DNA of 64,000 nucleotides from assembly GCA_963773835.1 (NCBI GenBank), contig CAVZCQ010000006.1:46061-110060 (forward strand). The letters run 5' to 3'. Positions within the stretch are counted from its first letter, which is position 1; every line of letters starts with the position of its first letter. The notes beneath the pieces are model-generated. The model ran no database searches, had not been told where the DNA came from, and worked only from the letters and a program-made list of their open reading frames with translations. The position numbers were made by a program, and so were the translations under genes. This document shows positions 45,030-54,359 of this stretch, piece after piece. The DNA is from an uncultured Acidobacteriaceae bacterium (lineage in GTDB: Bacteria; Acidobacteriota; Terriglobia; Acidiferrales; UBA7541).

Positions 45030-45059
45030 TTGACGGCTCGTGTAGCTTGTGAGTAGAGT
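45030..45059 (+). promoter_or_regulatory. Candidate sigma-70-like promoter TTGACG-N18-TAGAGT for the TonB-dependent receptor
   Basis: TTGACG at 45030-45035 and TAGAGT at 45054-45059. A ~145-nt lower-GC leader follows, containing the hairpin GCATTCGT-cgtgat-ACGAATGC. Confidence 0.3.
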
Positions 45060-45205
45060 CATGGCATTCGTCGTGATACGAATGCGGGGAGATGGGTATT
45101 TCTCCCGGGGGGAATTTTGGGTGCGTGTCTCAGCGGCGAGCGGTTGAACCACCCCGGGTCTGTCCTTCCAGGATGCTGGAATTTTCCACGCGAGGTGTCG
45201 AGAAC

Positions 45206-48200
45206 ATGAGAGTGCGCCTGCCCAGCTGTATACTGATTTTTGCTGCCGCTATGCTGCTGTTTGCCGGGACGCTCCCTGGCCAGACGATCAGCGGGATCAT
45301 TGCCGGCCGGGTGACGGACGCCAATGGAAAGCCCCAGGCCGCCGTGGCCATCGTCGTCAGCAGCGAGGAATCTGGCCTCAAGTTCACCGGAAATACGGAC
45401 TCCCAAGGATTTTACCGGATCTTGGAGGTTCCGCCCGGCCTGTATGAAGCCCGGGCCATCAGCAGCATGCCCACCGCCATTCACTCTAACGTGCGCGTGG
45501 ACGTGAACCGTACGACGGCCGAAAATTTTGTCCTTCAGCCCGAGGAACAGCGGCCGGTGGGTTCGAGCGCGCCGGAAACGGATCTGTACAGCCCCACGCT
45601 GAGCACCGCCTTCCTGGGCGCGCCAGTGGTCGAGATTCCGGTGGTTACGCGCGACGTCAATAACCTGGCCCTGCTGGCCCCCGGAGTGGAGAGCGTGCGC
45701 ACCTTCAGCTTCGCGAGCACGCTGGTTCCCTTCTCGGTGAACGGTTCGCGGGGCCGCGATAACAACTTCACGATTGATAGCGTGGACAACAACGAGCCGC
45801 TGTTCGGCGGAGCCGCCACACAGTTCACCAACAACGAAATCTTCCAGGAGTATTCGATCTCGACTGGCCAGCTCAAGGCCGAATTCGGGCGCAACAGCGG
45901 CGCGACGGTCAACGCCATCACCAAGAGCGGCTCCAACAACTGGCACGGAACGCTCTTCGGCTTCGGGCAGGACGACCTGACGAACGCCATGAATAACGTC
46001 CAGAAGCAGGCCCTGTTGAACTCTCCGGAAACCTTCTACGATACGACGCTCGGCGGCACGCTGGGCGGACCGGTCAAAAAAGGCAAGTCATTCTTCTTCC
46101 TCTCCTACCAGTGGGACCGAATTACCGACAACTTGAGCGACGTCTACCCGGTGCTGGCGAATTATCCCGCCACTCCGGCGGACCTGGCCACGCTGAAGGG
46201 CTTGCCGACCACGCCGGCGCTTCAAGCCTATCTGGGCACTCCGTCAGTCAATGTGGTCCCCGGGGTGGGGGGCGTCACGCCCTGCTTCACCGGAACCAGC
46301 GCCGAAATTAAGAATAACCAGCAGGGCCTCTATCAGGCTCCCAACCCGTGCCTAGTCACCTCCACGGCCGTCAACGCCGGCTCCCTCTTCGGCACGGTGG
46401 TCCCTGTGAATTTTAACGTCTTCAATGTTCCCAATGCCAACACCTTCAATCTGCGCGATCATGAAGTTTCCGGACGTTTCGACCAGAAGTTGAACGATTC
46501 CAACGACATTTACGCCCGCTATCTGTTCGACGACCTGGCTTCGCCGCAATCCCCGCTGGAAACGCCGGGCGTGAGCGCGTTTTCGGACATCGGGCTTCTG
46601 CCCGATTGGAAAACGCTCCTCCGCCAGCGCACCCAGAGCTTTCTGCTGGATCATCGTTACCGGCGGCCAGGCGGTTCGCTTAACGAATTCCGAATCTCTT
46701 ACAGCCGCGTTTCCCAGCGCCAGGGAGCGTTTAACGCGCCAGCCGACTCGCTGCATCTCCCGGCAGCGATTATTAGCGACTGCTTTGCCGGCAACGGCAC
46801 GGCGCCTTTCTTTGGAATCGCGAACAGCGGTTGCGCCTCAACGGGCGTTGGTGCCAACGTTGCTGGCGCCAACACCCTCGGCGGACTCGGGGGCCAGGGG
46901 ACCTACCCCAGTTCACTCGGCCAGACGCAAGTCCCGGCGGGAATCTTTCCCTCGGTGGGCAATCTGATCACCGTAGGGACAGACTCCGGCCCCGCCCGCG
47001 TCACCAGCAACACCTACCAGATCCAGGACAATTATTCGTACACGGTTGGCAGGCATAACATCAAGCTGGGCGCCAACTTCGCCAAGATCGACACCAACTC
47101 CCTCGGCATGCCCGATGACAATGGCTTCTACCTCTTCACCGGGTTCGGTTTTCTCAACGGCTTTCAGACCTTCGCGACCGAACCGAGCGCCGTCCCGAAC
47201 TGCTCGTTTAGCATGGCCCCGTTCTGCCCGTTTACGGATGCTGCCCTGACCAGCCAGCGCCTCGTAAACGTGCGCACGAACGCCAGCGGAGCGATAACCG
47301 GCCAGGGTCCCAACGAAATCAAGATCAAGGAATTCGACCAGTTTTACTTTGCCCAGGACGACTGGCGCGCCCGCAGCAACCTGACGTTCAACTTCGGCGT
47401 GCGCTATGAGAATTTCGGCCAGCCCATCAATTCCGTGCACGACATCAATCCCAACGCACCCTTCGTCAATACGGACAACAAGGATTTCGCTCCCCGTATC
47501 GGCTTTGCTTACTCGCCTTGGGGCAGGCAAGATTGGGTGATCCGGGGGGGCTATGGAATTGAATACGATCCCCCGATCCTGAATCTCCCCTTGCTCATCT
47601 GGCAGAGTGGACCGGTCTCTCCGCTCATTACGACCGATGCGTTCTTTATCGCGCCAACGCAACCCACCGGCGTATACCCGAATCCGCCGTATGCCGTGAA
47701 TGGGAACCCGCTTGCTGCTGTCCAAGGCACGAACCCCTTCAGCGGTCTGCCGGCTGGATTCGTCGGCGGCTGCAGCCAGTATTACGATCTCTTCGATAGA
47801 ATCAACGGCACGACCGTATTCCCCGGCCGGGCGGATACGGGCAAGGTCCCGATCGTGAACTGCTCCGACCAGAACACCGTGTCGAAGAACCTGAAGAATC
47901 CCTATGTGCAGCAGTGGTCGTTGGGCGTGCAGCACGAGCTGCCGGGCAAATTCCTGGCAGAGGTGGATTACGTGGGCAGCAAAGGCACCCGGCTGTTCCA
48001 ACGCATCGAGACCAACCCCTTCCAGGGCTGGGACAGCACCTGCGTGGCAAATATCGCAACCTTGTACGAGTCAGTGGGAATAGGCAACCTCCAGCAGCCC
48101 GGTCAGTGCCGCTTCCCGCGCATCGATAACACCCATGGCGACGTCACGCAGGTGACCAACGGCGGCAGCTCCGTCTATCATGCGCTGCAAGCCAGCCTGG

Positions 48201-49243
48201 TAAAGCGCCAGATGCATACGCGCTACGTCGGCGACCTTACGTTCACGGCCTCCTACACCTGGAGCCATCTCATTGACAATACCAGCGAGATTTTCGGGCC
48301 TGGCTTCCGCACCTTCGGCAAAAGCGATCTTCAGCAGGGCGGTACAGGGGCGGTGCCGGTCGGTTTCCTGTTCGACCCCCTGGCCACAGCGCCGGTCGAG
48401 GCCATTACTCCTCTCGCGCAATCCTTTAACTCGACAACCGGTGCCGAACGGGGAAATTCCTCGTTCGACCGGCGGCATCGATTCGCCGCGAGTTTTGTGT
48501 GGCAGCCGTTTACCACCAAGAATGTCTGGGCGGGGGGCTGGGAATTGGGCGGCGTATTCACCTACCAGTCCGGCCAGCCGTTCAGTCCTCTCAACGCTTC
48601 TCCCTCCAGCACTTGCGCCGACACCAACGGAGACGGGAGCTTGAGCAACGACCGTCCCAACATCGGAAACGCCTCACTCCCCAAGAATCTGGTCGCGCTG
48701 GTGGCCGACCCGCAATGCCTCAGCGCCGCGGCCTACAATATCTTCAATACAAAGACGGGAACCACCGTGGCGTCGGGGGTCACCCAGGCGCAGGCTATGA
48801 CCATGGCCCACTTCGTGCAACGGCCGCTGTTTGCCAATGCCGCTCCTCCGGGGGCTGCGGGCCTCTCCGGCCCCACGACCTACGCCGGCGATATAGGACG
48901 CAATAGCCTGGTCGGTCCCGCAATCACCGACTTGGATCTGGCGCTCTATAAGACCTTCACGTTCGCCGAGCATTACCATCTGCAGTTCCGCTGGGAAGTC
49001 TACGATGTTTTTAACCACCCCAATCTGGGAGGGTTTAACGGCAATCCGTACATCGGCAATGCGTCCGCGGCGCCCGCGTTCGGGTTTGCGTCCACACGCA
49101 CCGGCGCCGCGATCACGGGCGGCATCCCGGAGAATGCCATCGATGCGCAGAACAACGTAACCGGAGCCCATACCTTCCTCAGCACCACTTCGATGAACAC
49201 CGGCAGCCGGCGTATGCAGTTCGGCCTGCGGTTCATCTTCTAA
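45206..49243 (+). CDS. TonB-dependent outer-membrane receptor with N-terminal carboxypeptidase-regulatory-like domain (acidobacterial type), 1345 aa
   Basis: In-frame ATG 45206. Signal peptide MRVRLPSCILIFAAAMLLFAGTLPGQ. TISGIIAGRVTDANGKPQAAVAIVVSSEESGLKFTGNTDSQGFYRILEVPPGLYE is the CarboxypepD_reg domain. The plug region is FSVNGSRGRDNNFTIDSVDNNE. The C-terminal barrel ends in ...RRMQFGLRFIF. Confidence 0.85.
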   Translation: MRVRLPSCILIFAAAMLLFAGTLPGQTISGIIAGRVTDANGKPQAAVAIVVSSEESGLKFTGNTDSQGFYRILEVPPGLYEARAISSMPTAIHSNVRVDVNRTTAENFVLQPEEQRPVGSSAPETDLYSPTLSTAFLGAPVVEIPVVTRDVNNLALLAPGVESVRTFSFASTLVPFSVNGSRGRDNNFTIDSVDNNEPLFGGAATQFTNNEIFQEYSISTGQLKAEFGRNSGATVNAITKSGSNNWHGTLFGFGQDDLTNAMNNVQKQALLNSPETFYDTTLGGTLGGPVKKGKSFFFLSYQWDRITDNLSDVYPVLANYPATPADLATLKGLPTTPALQAYLGTPSVNVVPGVGGVTPCFTGTSAEIKNNQQGLYQAPNPCLVTSTAVNAGSLFGTVVPVNFNVFNVPNANTFNLRDHEVSGRFDQKLNDSNDIYARYLFDDLASPQSPLETPGVSAFSDIGLLPDWKTLLRQRTQSFLLDHRYRRPGGSLNEFRISYSRVSQRQGAFNAPADSLHLPAAIISDCFAGNGTAPFFGIANSGCASTGVGANVAGANTLGGLGGQGTYPSSLGQTQVPAGIFPSVGNLITVGTDSGPARVTSNTYQIQDNYSYTVGRHNIKLGANFAKIDTNSLGMPDDNGFYLFTGFGFLNGFQTFATEPSAVPNCSFSMAPFCPFTDAALTSQRLVNVRTNASGAITGQGPNEIKIKEFDQFYFAQDDWRARSNLTFNFGVRYENFGQPINSVHDINPNAPFVNTDNKDFAPRIGFAYSPWGRQDWVIRGGYGIEYDPPILNLPLLIWQSGPVSPLITTDAFFIAPTQPTGVYPNPPYAVNGNPLAAVQGTNPFSGLPAGFVGGCSQYYDLFDRINGTTVFPGRADTGKVPIVNCSDQNTVSKNLKNPYVQQWSLGVQHELPGKFLAEVDYVGSKGTRLFQRIETNPFQGWDSTCVANIATLYESVGIGNLQQPGQCRFPRIDNTHGDVTQVTNGGSSVYHALQASLVKRQMHTRYVGDLTFTASYTWSHLIDNTSEIFGPGFRTFGKSDLQQGGTGAVPVGFLFDPLATAPVEAITPLAQSFNSTTGAERGNSSFDRRHRFAASFVWQPFTTKNVWAGGWELGGVFTYQSGQPFSPLNASPSSTCADTNGDGSLSNDRPNIGNASLPKNLVALVADPQCLSAAAYNIFNTKTGTTVASGVTQAQAMTMAHFVQRPLFANAAPPGAAGLSGPTTYAGDIGRNSLVGPAITDLDLALYKTFTFAEHYHLQFRWEVYDVFNHPNLGGFNGNPYIGNASAAPAFGFASTRTGAAITGGIPENAIDAQNNVTGAHTFLSTTSMNTGSRRMQFGLRFIF

Positions 49244-49273
49244 GCTGGAGCCATTACCCTTTTCTTTCGAAAG

Positions 49274-49305
49274 GCCCGCGGCGCCCGAGCGCCGCGGGCT
49301 TTTTT
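49274..49305 (+). terminator. Rho-independent terminator GCCCGCGGCGC-CCGA-GCGCCGCGGGC-TTTTTT
   Basis: An 11-bp GC stem, a 4-nt loop and a T6 tract, 30 nt after the receptor stop. Confidence 0.75.
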
Positions 49306-49553
49306 GCTGGGCAGCCAGCCCTCGCTGACCGCCCGGACGGCGGCTTGGATCGTCCTCCGTCGAATCACTCCTGGGTCCCGCGCTGGCGGCCATTGCTGGC
49401 CATCCGCTGTCCTGGCGTGGCTCGCACCGTTGCACTGGCCCGGCGTCGGCACCCCTGGGGGGCGCATGCCCGAGGCGGCCACCGCTGCGGTTGGCGGGCG
49501 AAAAAACTGGCCGGACGGAAGGATTGCGACGATCAGGAAATCTCGCGCAGGGA

Positions 49554-52500
49554 TTACTTGAAGTGAATGGAAACTGTGACTCTGGTCTTGACCGGCTTGC
49601 CCTTGACTGTGGGAGCGCTGAAGTGCCAGCCGCCCTTGGCCGCGGCGACTGCGCCCGCTCCCGGGCTGGGGAACCCGGCCACGGGCTGAGCGTCGGTGAC
49701 GTTGCCGCTAGTGTCCACCACGACCTGGAGTCTGGCTTCGCCGCCCTTCTGCCCGGACTGCAGGACATCGCCCGGCAGCCCGCAATTTGCGCCCGTGGTC
49801 AGCTTCAGTTCGTTATCCAGGAACACCTCATTGAGCTCCTGGCCGGCGGTGACGGGATTCGTCCACGGCTCGCGAGATTTCGCAACCACCTGGCACACGG
49901 CACCGCGCTCGGAAGCGGCATGCACCTTTTCCGCACGGTCGATTTCCGCGCCCAATGAGCTTGTGTTTTCGCCCAGAGCCTGCAGGTCGGACAGCTTGGC
50001 GCGCGCGCCGGCATAATCGTTGGCGCCTTCCAGGCGTTTGATCTCCCCGGTAATCTGGCCGATCTTCTCCGTCTTCTCCCTCGCCTGCTGCGCCACCGCC
50101 GCCCTCTGCGCTTCGGCCTTCAGATTATTGATCTTGGTTTCCAGCAGCCGTGAAGCGTTGCGCGCCTCACTCGAGTGGCGCCCGTTGGCATTGGCGATGG
50201 CGTCCATCGTGGCCTTGGCGCTGATCAGCGCCCCTTCGTCGTTGCTGTTGGCCTGCGACTGCGCCTGGGCAAACTGCGCGTCCAGCTTCTTCCCGCCCTC
50301 AATCTGATTGCGCAGACTCGGGACCTCATCCTTGTGCGCCGCCCCTTCCCCGAGGCCCTGCAGTTGGTCCAGAGCCTGGCTGGCGCGATCCCACTGTCCG
50401 CTGGCGACTGCCGCGTTCGCGGAATCGAACAAATCGTTGGACTTGGCGAGTATGGCCGCGAGATCCTTGTTTTTCTCCACATTGTCGATCTGCGTCCTGT
50501 CCGTCTGAATCGTGGACAGGAATGACGCGTTCAGGTTCTTCGATTTGATGAAGCTCTCCGCATCGGTCAGCTTCTTCCGCCCGCCGTTATAGTCGCCCTT
50601 GGCCGCCACCTTCATGGCCTGCTGGATCATCTCGGTGGCCTTCTTCTCATCCGGTGAAGGGCCGGTCTGGATCACGGGCGGCGGCGGCTGAACCACGGGA
50701 TTGGTGGCAGTGGTCGACGTCCCACCGGCGGGCTGCGTGACCGCAGGATTTTCCGGCTGGGTGGTGGTGTTGGGCTGATTGCTACCTCGGCCCATGAACA
50801 TGTAAACGCCCACGCCGATCACCACGACAGCCGCCACGCCTCCGATAATCATCCCCATACCGCCCTTTTTGGCAGCGGGTGCGGGCTCGAATGTAACCGC
50901 CGGGGGGGAAGGCGCCTTGCGTTCCTCGACCGAGGGCTTCAGCGGCGGTTCTTTGACCGGCGGAGCGGCGGCAGCGGCCATGGGCTGTGCCGCCGGTTTG
51001 GGCGCAGGCGGTGGCGGAGGAGGAGGTGCCTTGACCTCCGGCTTCGGTTCCACCTTGGGCGGAGCCGGCGGTACCACCACCGTGCTCGTGCTCACCGCAG
51101 CGGGCTCTTCGACGTGTCTGCCCTTCTCTTTCTCTTTCTGCTTCTTTTTCTCTTCCTTGGTCTTCGGAGGAGCGATGGCGGTCTTTTCTTCCACCGGCGG
51201 AATTACCGTCGTCTTTTCGCCGATCGGCGGAATCACCGTCGTCTTTTCCTCAACGGGCGTGGGGGGCGCAACCGCAGCGGCATTCATGCCCGCCGGAACG
51301 GCCGCCGGGGGCGCCGGCGCAACCACTGGCGGAGTCTTGAACTTGGTCGTCTCTTCGCCGATTTCGGGCCGGAACACGCGCGTCGCTCCGCCGGCGTCTC
51401 CGCTGGGAACCGCGGCCGGCGCGGGTTTTACACCCAGCCCGCCAATGCCTCCCACGCGCGTCTTGTCGCCCTCGCCCTCGGCCGGCTGCACCGGCTTGCT
51501 GCGCATCAGGGTGAGTTCTTCTTTTGTGGGCACGCGGTGGTCTTCCGCGGCGCGCAGCAGCGCCGGAACGCGCGCATCGATCATGTCGTCGCGATCGAGG
51601 ACGCGCAGAATCTTCGCGGCCTCGTCGAACTTCTTGTCTTCAATCAGCCCAATGGCCTTCAGCGTCTGCTCGTCGTGGTTGCGGCGCTGATCGCGGAGCG
51701 AGCGCTCCTGCTTGGCCATTTCGATCAGCTTGGTGAGGTCCGTGTCCTTCCCCGCCTGCACCACGGTGCGGTTGCCCAGATCGATGGCCCCGGTCAGGTC
51801 CCCGCGCTCGATGGCCTGCCGCATGGTGCGCAGCCGCTCATCCAGCAGCCTCTGGCGCTCGCGGTTCTTGAATTCCTTCTGCTGCGAGGTCACCTGCTCC
51901 AGGCGCTGCCTGAACTCCGCGTCGCCGGGGAACTCCTTCACCGCCTCCTGGCAGGCGGTCAGCGCCGCGTCGAAGTTGTTGGCCTGGACGTGATTGTTGA
52001 TTTCCTGGTTGCGCGACTGCCGCCGCTTCAGTACGTCCTGCTGCGAGCGCTGCGTCCTGGCGAATTCCACCAGGCGGCTCAACTCGAAGTCGTCGGGAAA
52101 CTCCTTCAGCAGCGCCTCGCCGTTGGAGATGGCATCCGCGAACTTCTCTTCGTTCACCTGGCGCTTCAGGCTTTCCAGTTCCTTCTGCAGGCGAAGCTGC
52201 TTCGCGTGCTCGCTGCGCTCCTGCAGCACCAATTCGCGCAGCTTTACCGCCGCGGACTCGTTGGGATAGCGCTGCAGCAACTTGTCCAGAGTGCCCAGGG
52301 CTTCGTTGAACGACTGCGCGCCCAGCTGTTTGCGCGCTTCCGCCAGCGACCGCTGGATTTCGTCCTGGGCCTTGTCCGCGCGGACGGCTTCGAGCAGCTT
52401 TACCACTTCGGATTCGTTCGGGTATTCCTGCTCGAGGGTGCCGAGAACCTTCAGCGCCTCATCGAACTGCTGCGCCGTCCACAACTGCCGGGCCCGCTGT

Positions 52501-53849
52501 ACCCCGTCGGTAAGCTGCTTGCGCTTTCCCCGCCGTTCCTTCTCCTCCGCGATCTGCTTCCGCAGCGACTGCGCTTCCTGGTTGTCGGGCGCGGCCTGCA
52601 GGATGCGGTCCAGCGACTGCTCCGCGTTGGTCAGGCTGCCTTCGGCCAGGTGCTGGCGGGCTTCCCTCATGCCCGTCTGCACCATCTTGAACTGCATCTC
52701 CGCTTCTTGGACTTTGCCCAGCAGCTCGCGGGCGGGCACGAAATTCGAGTCCAGGTGCAGGGCCGCGTCCGCCTCGCGGCGGGCATCGTCCAGATTGCCC
52801 GCCTGGAAGTGCTTCTCCGCCGAAGCCACCATGTCGTTCAGCTTCGGCATCACTTCGCTGCGGCGGATTTCGGAGTTGACGCGGTCCAGCAGCGTCTTGG
52901 CGTGCGTGTGCGAGGTGTCCAGCACCAGCGCTTGTTTCAGTAGTTCCTTGGCGCGCTGCAAATCCCCCTTGTTCAGCAGCGTTTCGCTTTGCGTCACCAG
53001 CAGGCCCACGCTCTCCTGCTGCATCTTCCGCGCCACCGGCTCCAGCTCGTTCAGCAGCTCTTCCATGCTCTGGTAGCGCTCGCCGGGTTCCTTCCTGAAA
53101 ATCCGGCGCATGATGTCGTCCACTTCGGGCGGCAGGTCGGGGCGGAGATCGCGGATGGACTTCGGTTCCTGGCTGACGATGGCGAACATCACCGCGGTGA
53201 TGTTGCCCCCCTGGAACGGTTTCGTGTAGGTCAGGATTTCATACGTCATCACACCTACGGCCCAGATGTCGGAGCGCCCGTCCACCTTCTCGCCCCGAAT
53301 CTGTTCCGGCGACATGTAGTCGATCGTCCCGATGAGCATGCCCGAGGACGTGGAGGAGGTGTCCGTCAACCGCGCGATGCCGAAGTCCACCACCTTCACC
53401 GTGCCGTCGTGGGTCACCACGATGTTCCCGGGCTTGATGTCGCGGTGGACGATGTTCCGCTTGTGCGCGTATTCCAGCGCGCGGCACACCTGCACGATGT
53501 AGCTCAGTTTGATGGAGGCCGGAAGCGGGTTCTGTCCGCCCTCTTCCTTTTCCTTGTCCACCATGTGGCCCAGGTCATCGCCATCGAGCAATTCCATGGC
53601 GATATAGGGGATCCCGCTGTCTTCTCCCATGTCGTAAATCGTGACGATGTTGGGATGTTGCAGCGCGCCCGCGGCCCGCGCCTCGCGATAGAACCGCTCC
53701 AGCAAATCCGGGTTGTCGGTGAAATTTCCGGTGATCGTCTTGATCGCTACCGTGCGGCCGATGAACGGATCCTTGCCGCGGTACACCACGCCCATAGCTC
53801 CGCGACCGAGCTCTCCAAGGATCTCGAATTTGCCGATCTTCTTTTGGAT
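49554..53849 (-). CDS. Hanks-type Ser/Thr protein kinase with long TPR/coiled-coil region, Pro-rich linker, one TM helix, extracytoplasmic coiled-coil region and C-terminal TonB_C-like domain (~1430 aa)
   Basis: The track ORF starts at ATG 53795 (MGVVYRGKD...AIKT...HRDIKPGNIV...DFGIA...GTIDYMSPEQ). The frame is open upstream and encodes the missing beta-1/G-loop residues (IQKKIGKFEILGELGRGA). I therefore extend to ATC 53849, which follows an AGGAG box. The TM helix is MGMIIGGVAAVVVIGVGVYMFM at ~50793-50858. The C-terminus is GEARLQVVVDTSGNVTDAQPVAGFPSPGAGAVAAAKGGWHFSAPTVKGKPVKTRVTVSIHF. Confidence 0.85.
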   Translation of the reverse strand: MQKKIGKFEILGELGRGAMGVVYRGKDPFIGRTVAIKTITGNFTDNPDLLERFYREARAAGALQHPNIVTIYDMGEDSGIPYIAMELLDGDDLGHMVDKEKEEGGQNPLPASIKLSYIVQVCRALEYAHKRNIVHRDIKPGNIVVTHDGTVKVVDFGIARLTDTSSTSSGMLIGTIDYMSPEQIRGEKVDGRSDIWAVGVMTYEILTYTKPFQGGNITAVMFAIVSQEPKSIRDLRPDLPPEVDDIMRRIFRKEPGERYQSMEELLNELEPVARKMQQESVGLLVTQSETLLNKGDLQRAKELLKQALVLDTSHTHAKTLLDRVNSEIRRSEVMPKLNDMVASAEKHFQAGNLDDARREADAALHLDSNFVPARELLGKVQEAEMQFKMVQTGMREARQHLAEGSLTNAEQSLDRILQAAPDNQEAQSLRKQIAEEKERRGKRKQLTDGVQRARQLWTAQQFDEALKVLGTLEQEYPNESEVVKLLEAVRADKAQDEIQRSLAEARKQLGAQSFNEALGTLDKLLQRYPNESAAVKLRELVLQERSEHAKQLRLQKELESLKRQVNEEKFADAISNGEALLKEFPDDFELSRLVEFARTQRSQQDVLKRRQSRNQEINNHVQANNFDAALTACQEAVKEFPGDAEFRQRLEQVTSQQKEFKNRERQRLLDERLRTMRQAIERGDLTGAIDLGNRTVVQAGKDTDLTKLIEMAKQERSLRDQRRNHDEQTLKAIGLIEDKKFDEAAKILRVLDRDDMIDARVPALLRAAEDHRVPTKEELTLMRSKPVQPAEGEGDKTRVGGIGGLGVKPAPAAVPSGDAGGATRVFRPEIGEETTKFKTPPVVAPAPPAAVPAGMNAAAVAPPTPVEEKTTVIPPIGEKTTVIPPVEEKTAIAPPKTKEEKKKQKEKEKGRHVEEPAAVSTSTVVVPPAPPKVEPKPEVKAPPPPPPPAPKPAAQPMAAAAAPPVKEPPLKPSVEERKAPSPPAVTFEPAPAAKKGGMGMIIGGVAAVVVIGVGVYMFMGRGSNQPNTTTQPENPAVTQPAGGTSTTATNPVVQPPPPVIQTGPSPDEKKATEMIQQAMKVAAKGDYNGGRKKLTDAESFIKSKNLNASFLSTIQTDRTQIDNVEKNKDLAAILAKSNDLFDSANAAVASGQWDRASQALDQLQGLGEGAAHKDEVPSLRNQIEGGKKLDAQFAQAQSQANSNDEGALISAKATMDAIANANGRHSSEARNASRLLETKINNLKAEAQRAAVAQQAREKTEKIGQITGEIKRLEGANDYAGARAKLSDLQALGENTSSLGAEIDRAEKVHAASERGAVCQVVAKSREPWTNPVTAGQELNEVFLDNELKLTTGANCGLPGDVLQSGQKGGEARLQVVVDTSGNVTDAQPVAGFPSPGAGAVAAAKGGWHFSAPTVKGKPVKTRVTVSIHFK

Positions 53850-54113
53850 GGCCGCTAACTCCTGCCCTCGAAAAGTCGCGGTCCGTTAGCCCACACGCCT
53901 AGCCGTGCGGGCAGACGAATACACCCACACCCTGCGCAGAAACACTGCGCCGGAAACCTCATCCTAAGTTCGATAGTGTCAAATGGATGGAGGGGTGTCA
54001 ATGGCCCCATCTGGGCCTGTACGATGGTGCCACTACACGCTGTCCCCGTCGAACTCCCGTACTGGTACCGGTTATCGCCCTGCCTTCCGTCTCCACGCCG
54101 GCCTGCCCCGGAT

Positions 54114-54359
54114 TCACGCCTTCGTCCACTCCCGAAACGCCTTGCGAAATGCCTCGAGTGCTTCCGGCGCCACCTCTCCTGCCCGAAGCCTTCCTGTGGC
54201 CCGCAGGGTCAGCCGCATTTGTTCCAGGTAGTCGCGGCAACTCCCGCAAAGCGAGAGATGCTTCTCAAACCGCGCCCGATCTTCTACGCTGATCTGGCCT
54301 TCCAGGTAGGCCGTCACCAGCTCCACCAGCTCGATGCAGTCCATGCCCCACGGGTTCAT
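54114..54359 (-). CDS. Small soluble ZAS-family (zf-HC2, RsrA-like) anti-sigma factor, 81 aa
   Basis: MNPWGMDCIELVELVTAYLEGQISVEDRARFEKHLSLCGSC carries C8-x25-H34-x3-C38-x2-C41. There is no TM segment. The gene overlaps the sigma gene stop by 4 nt. Confidence 0.75.
   Translation of the reverse strand: MNPWGMDCIELVELVTAYLEGQISVEDRARFEKHLSLCGSCRDYLEQMRLTLRATGRLRAGEVAPEALEAFRKAFREWTKA

Noticed and set aside
51114-52943. 609-aa plus-strand ORF (and 52282..53076, 52989..53858)
   Set aside because: Antisense to the Ser/Thr kinase gene. These are shadow ORFs.
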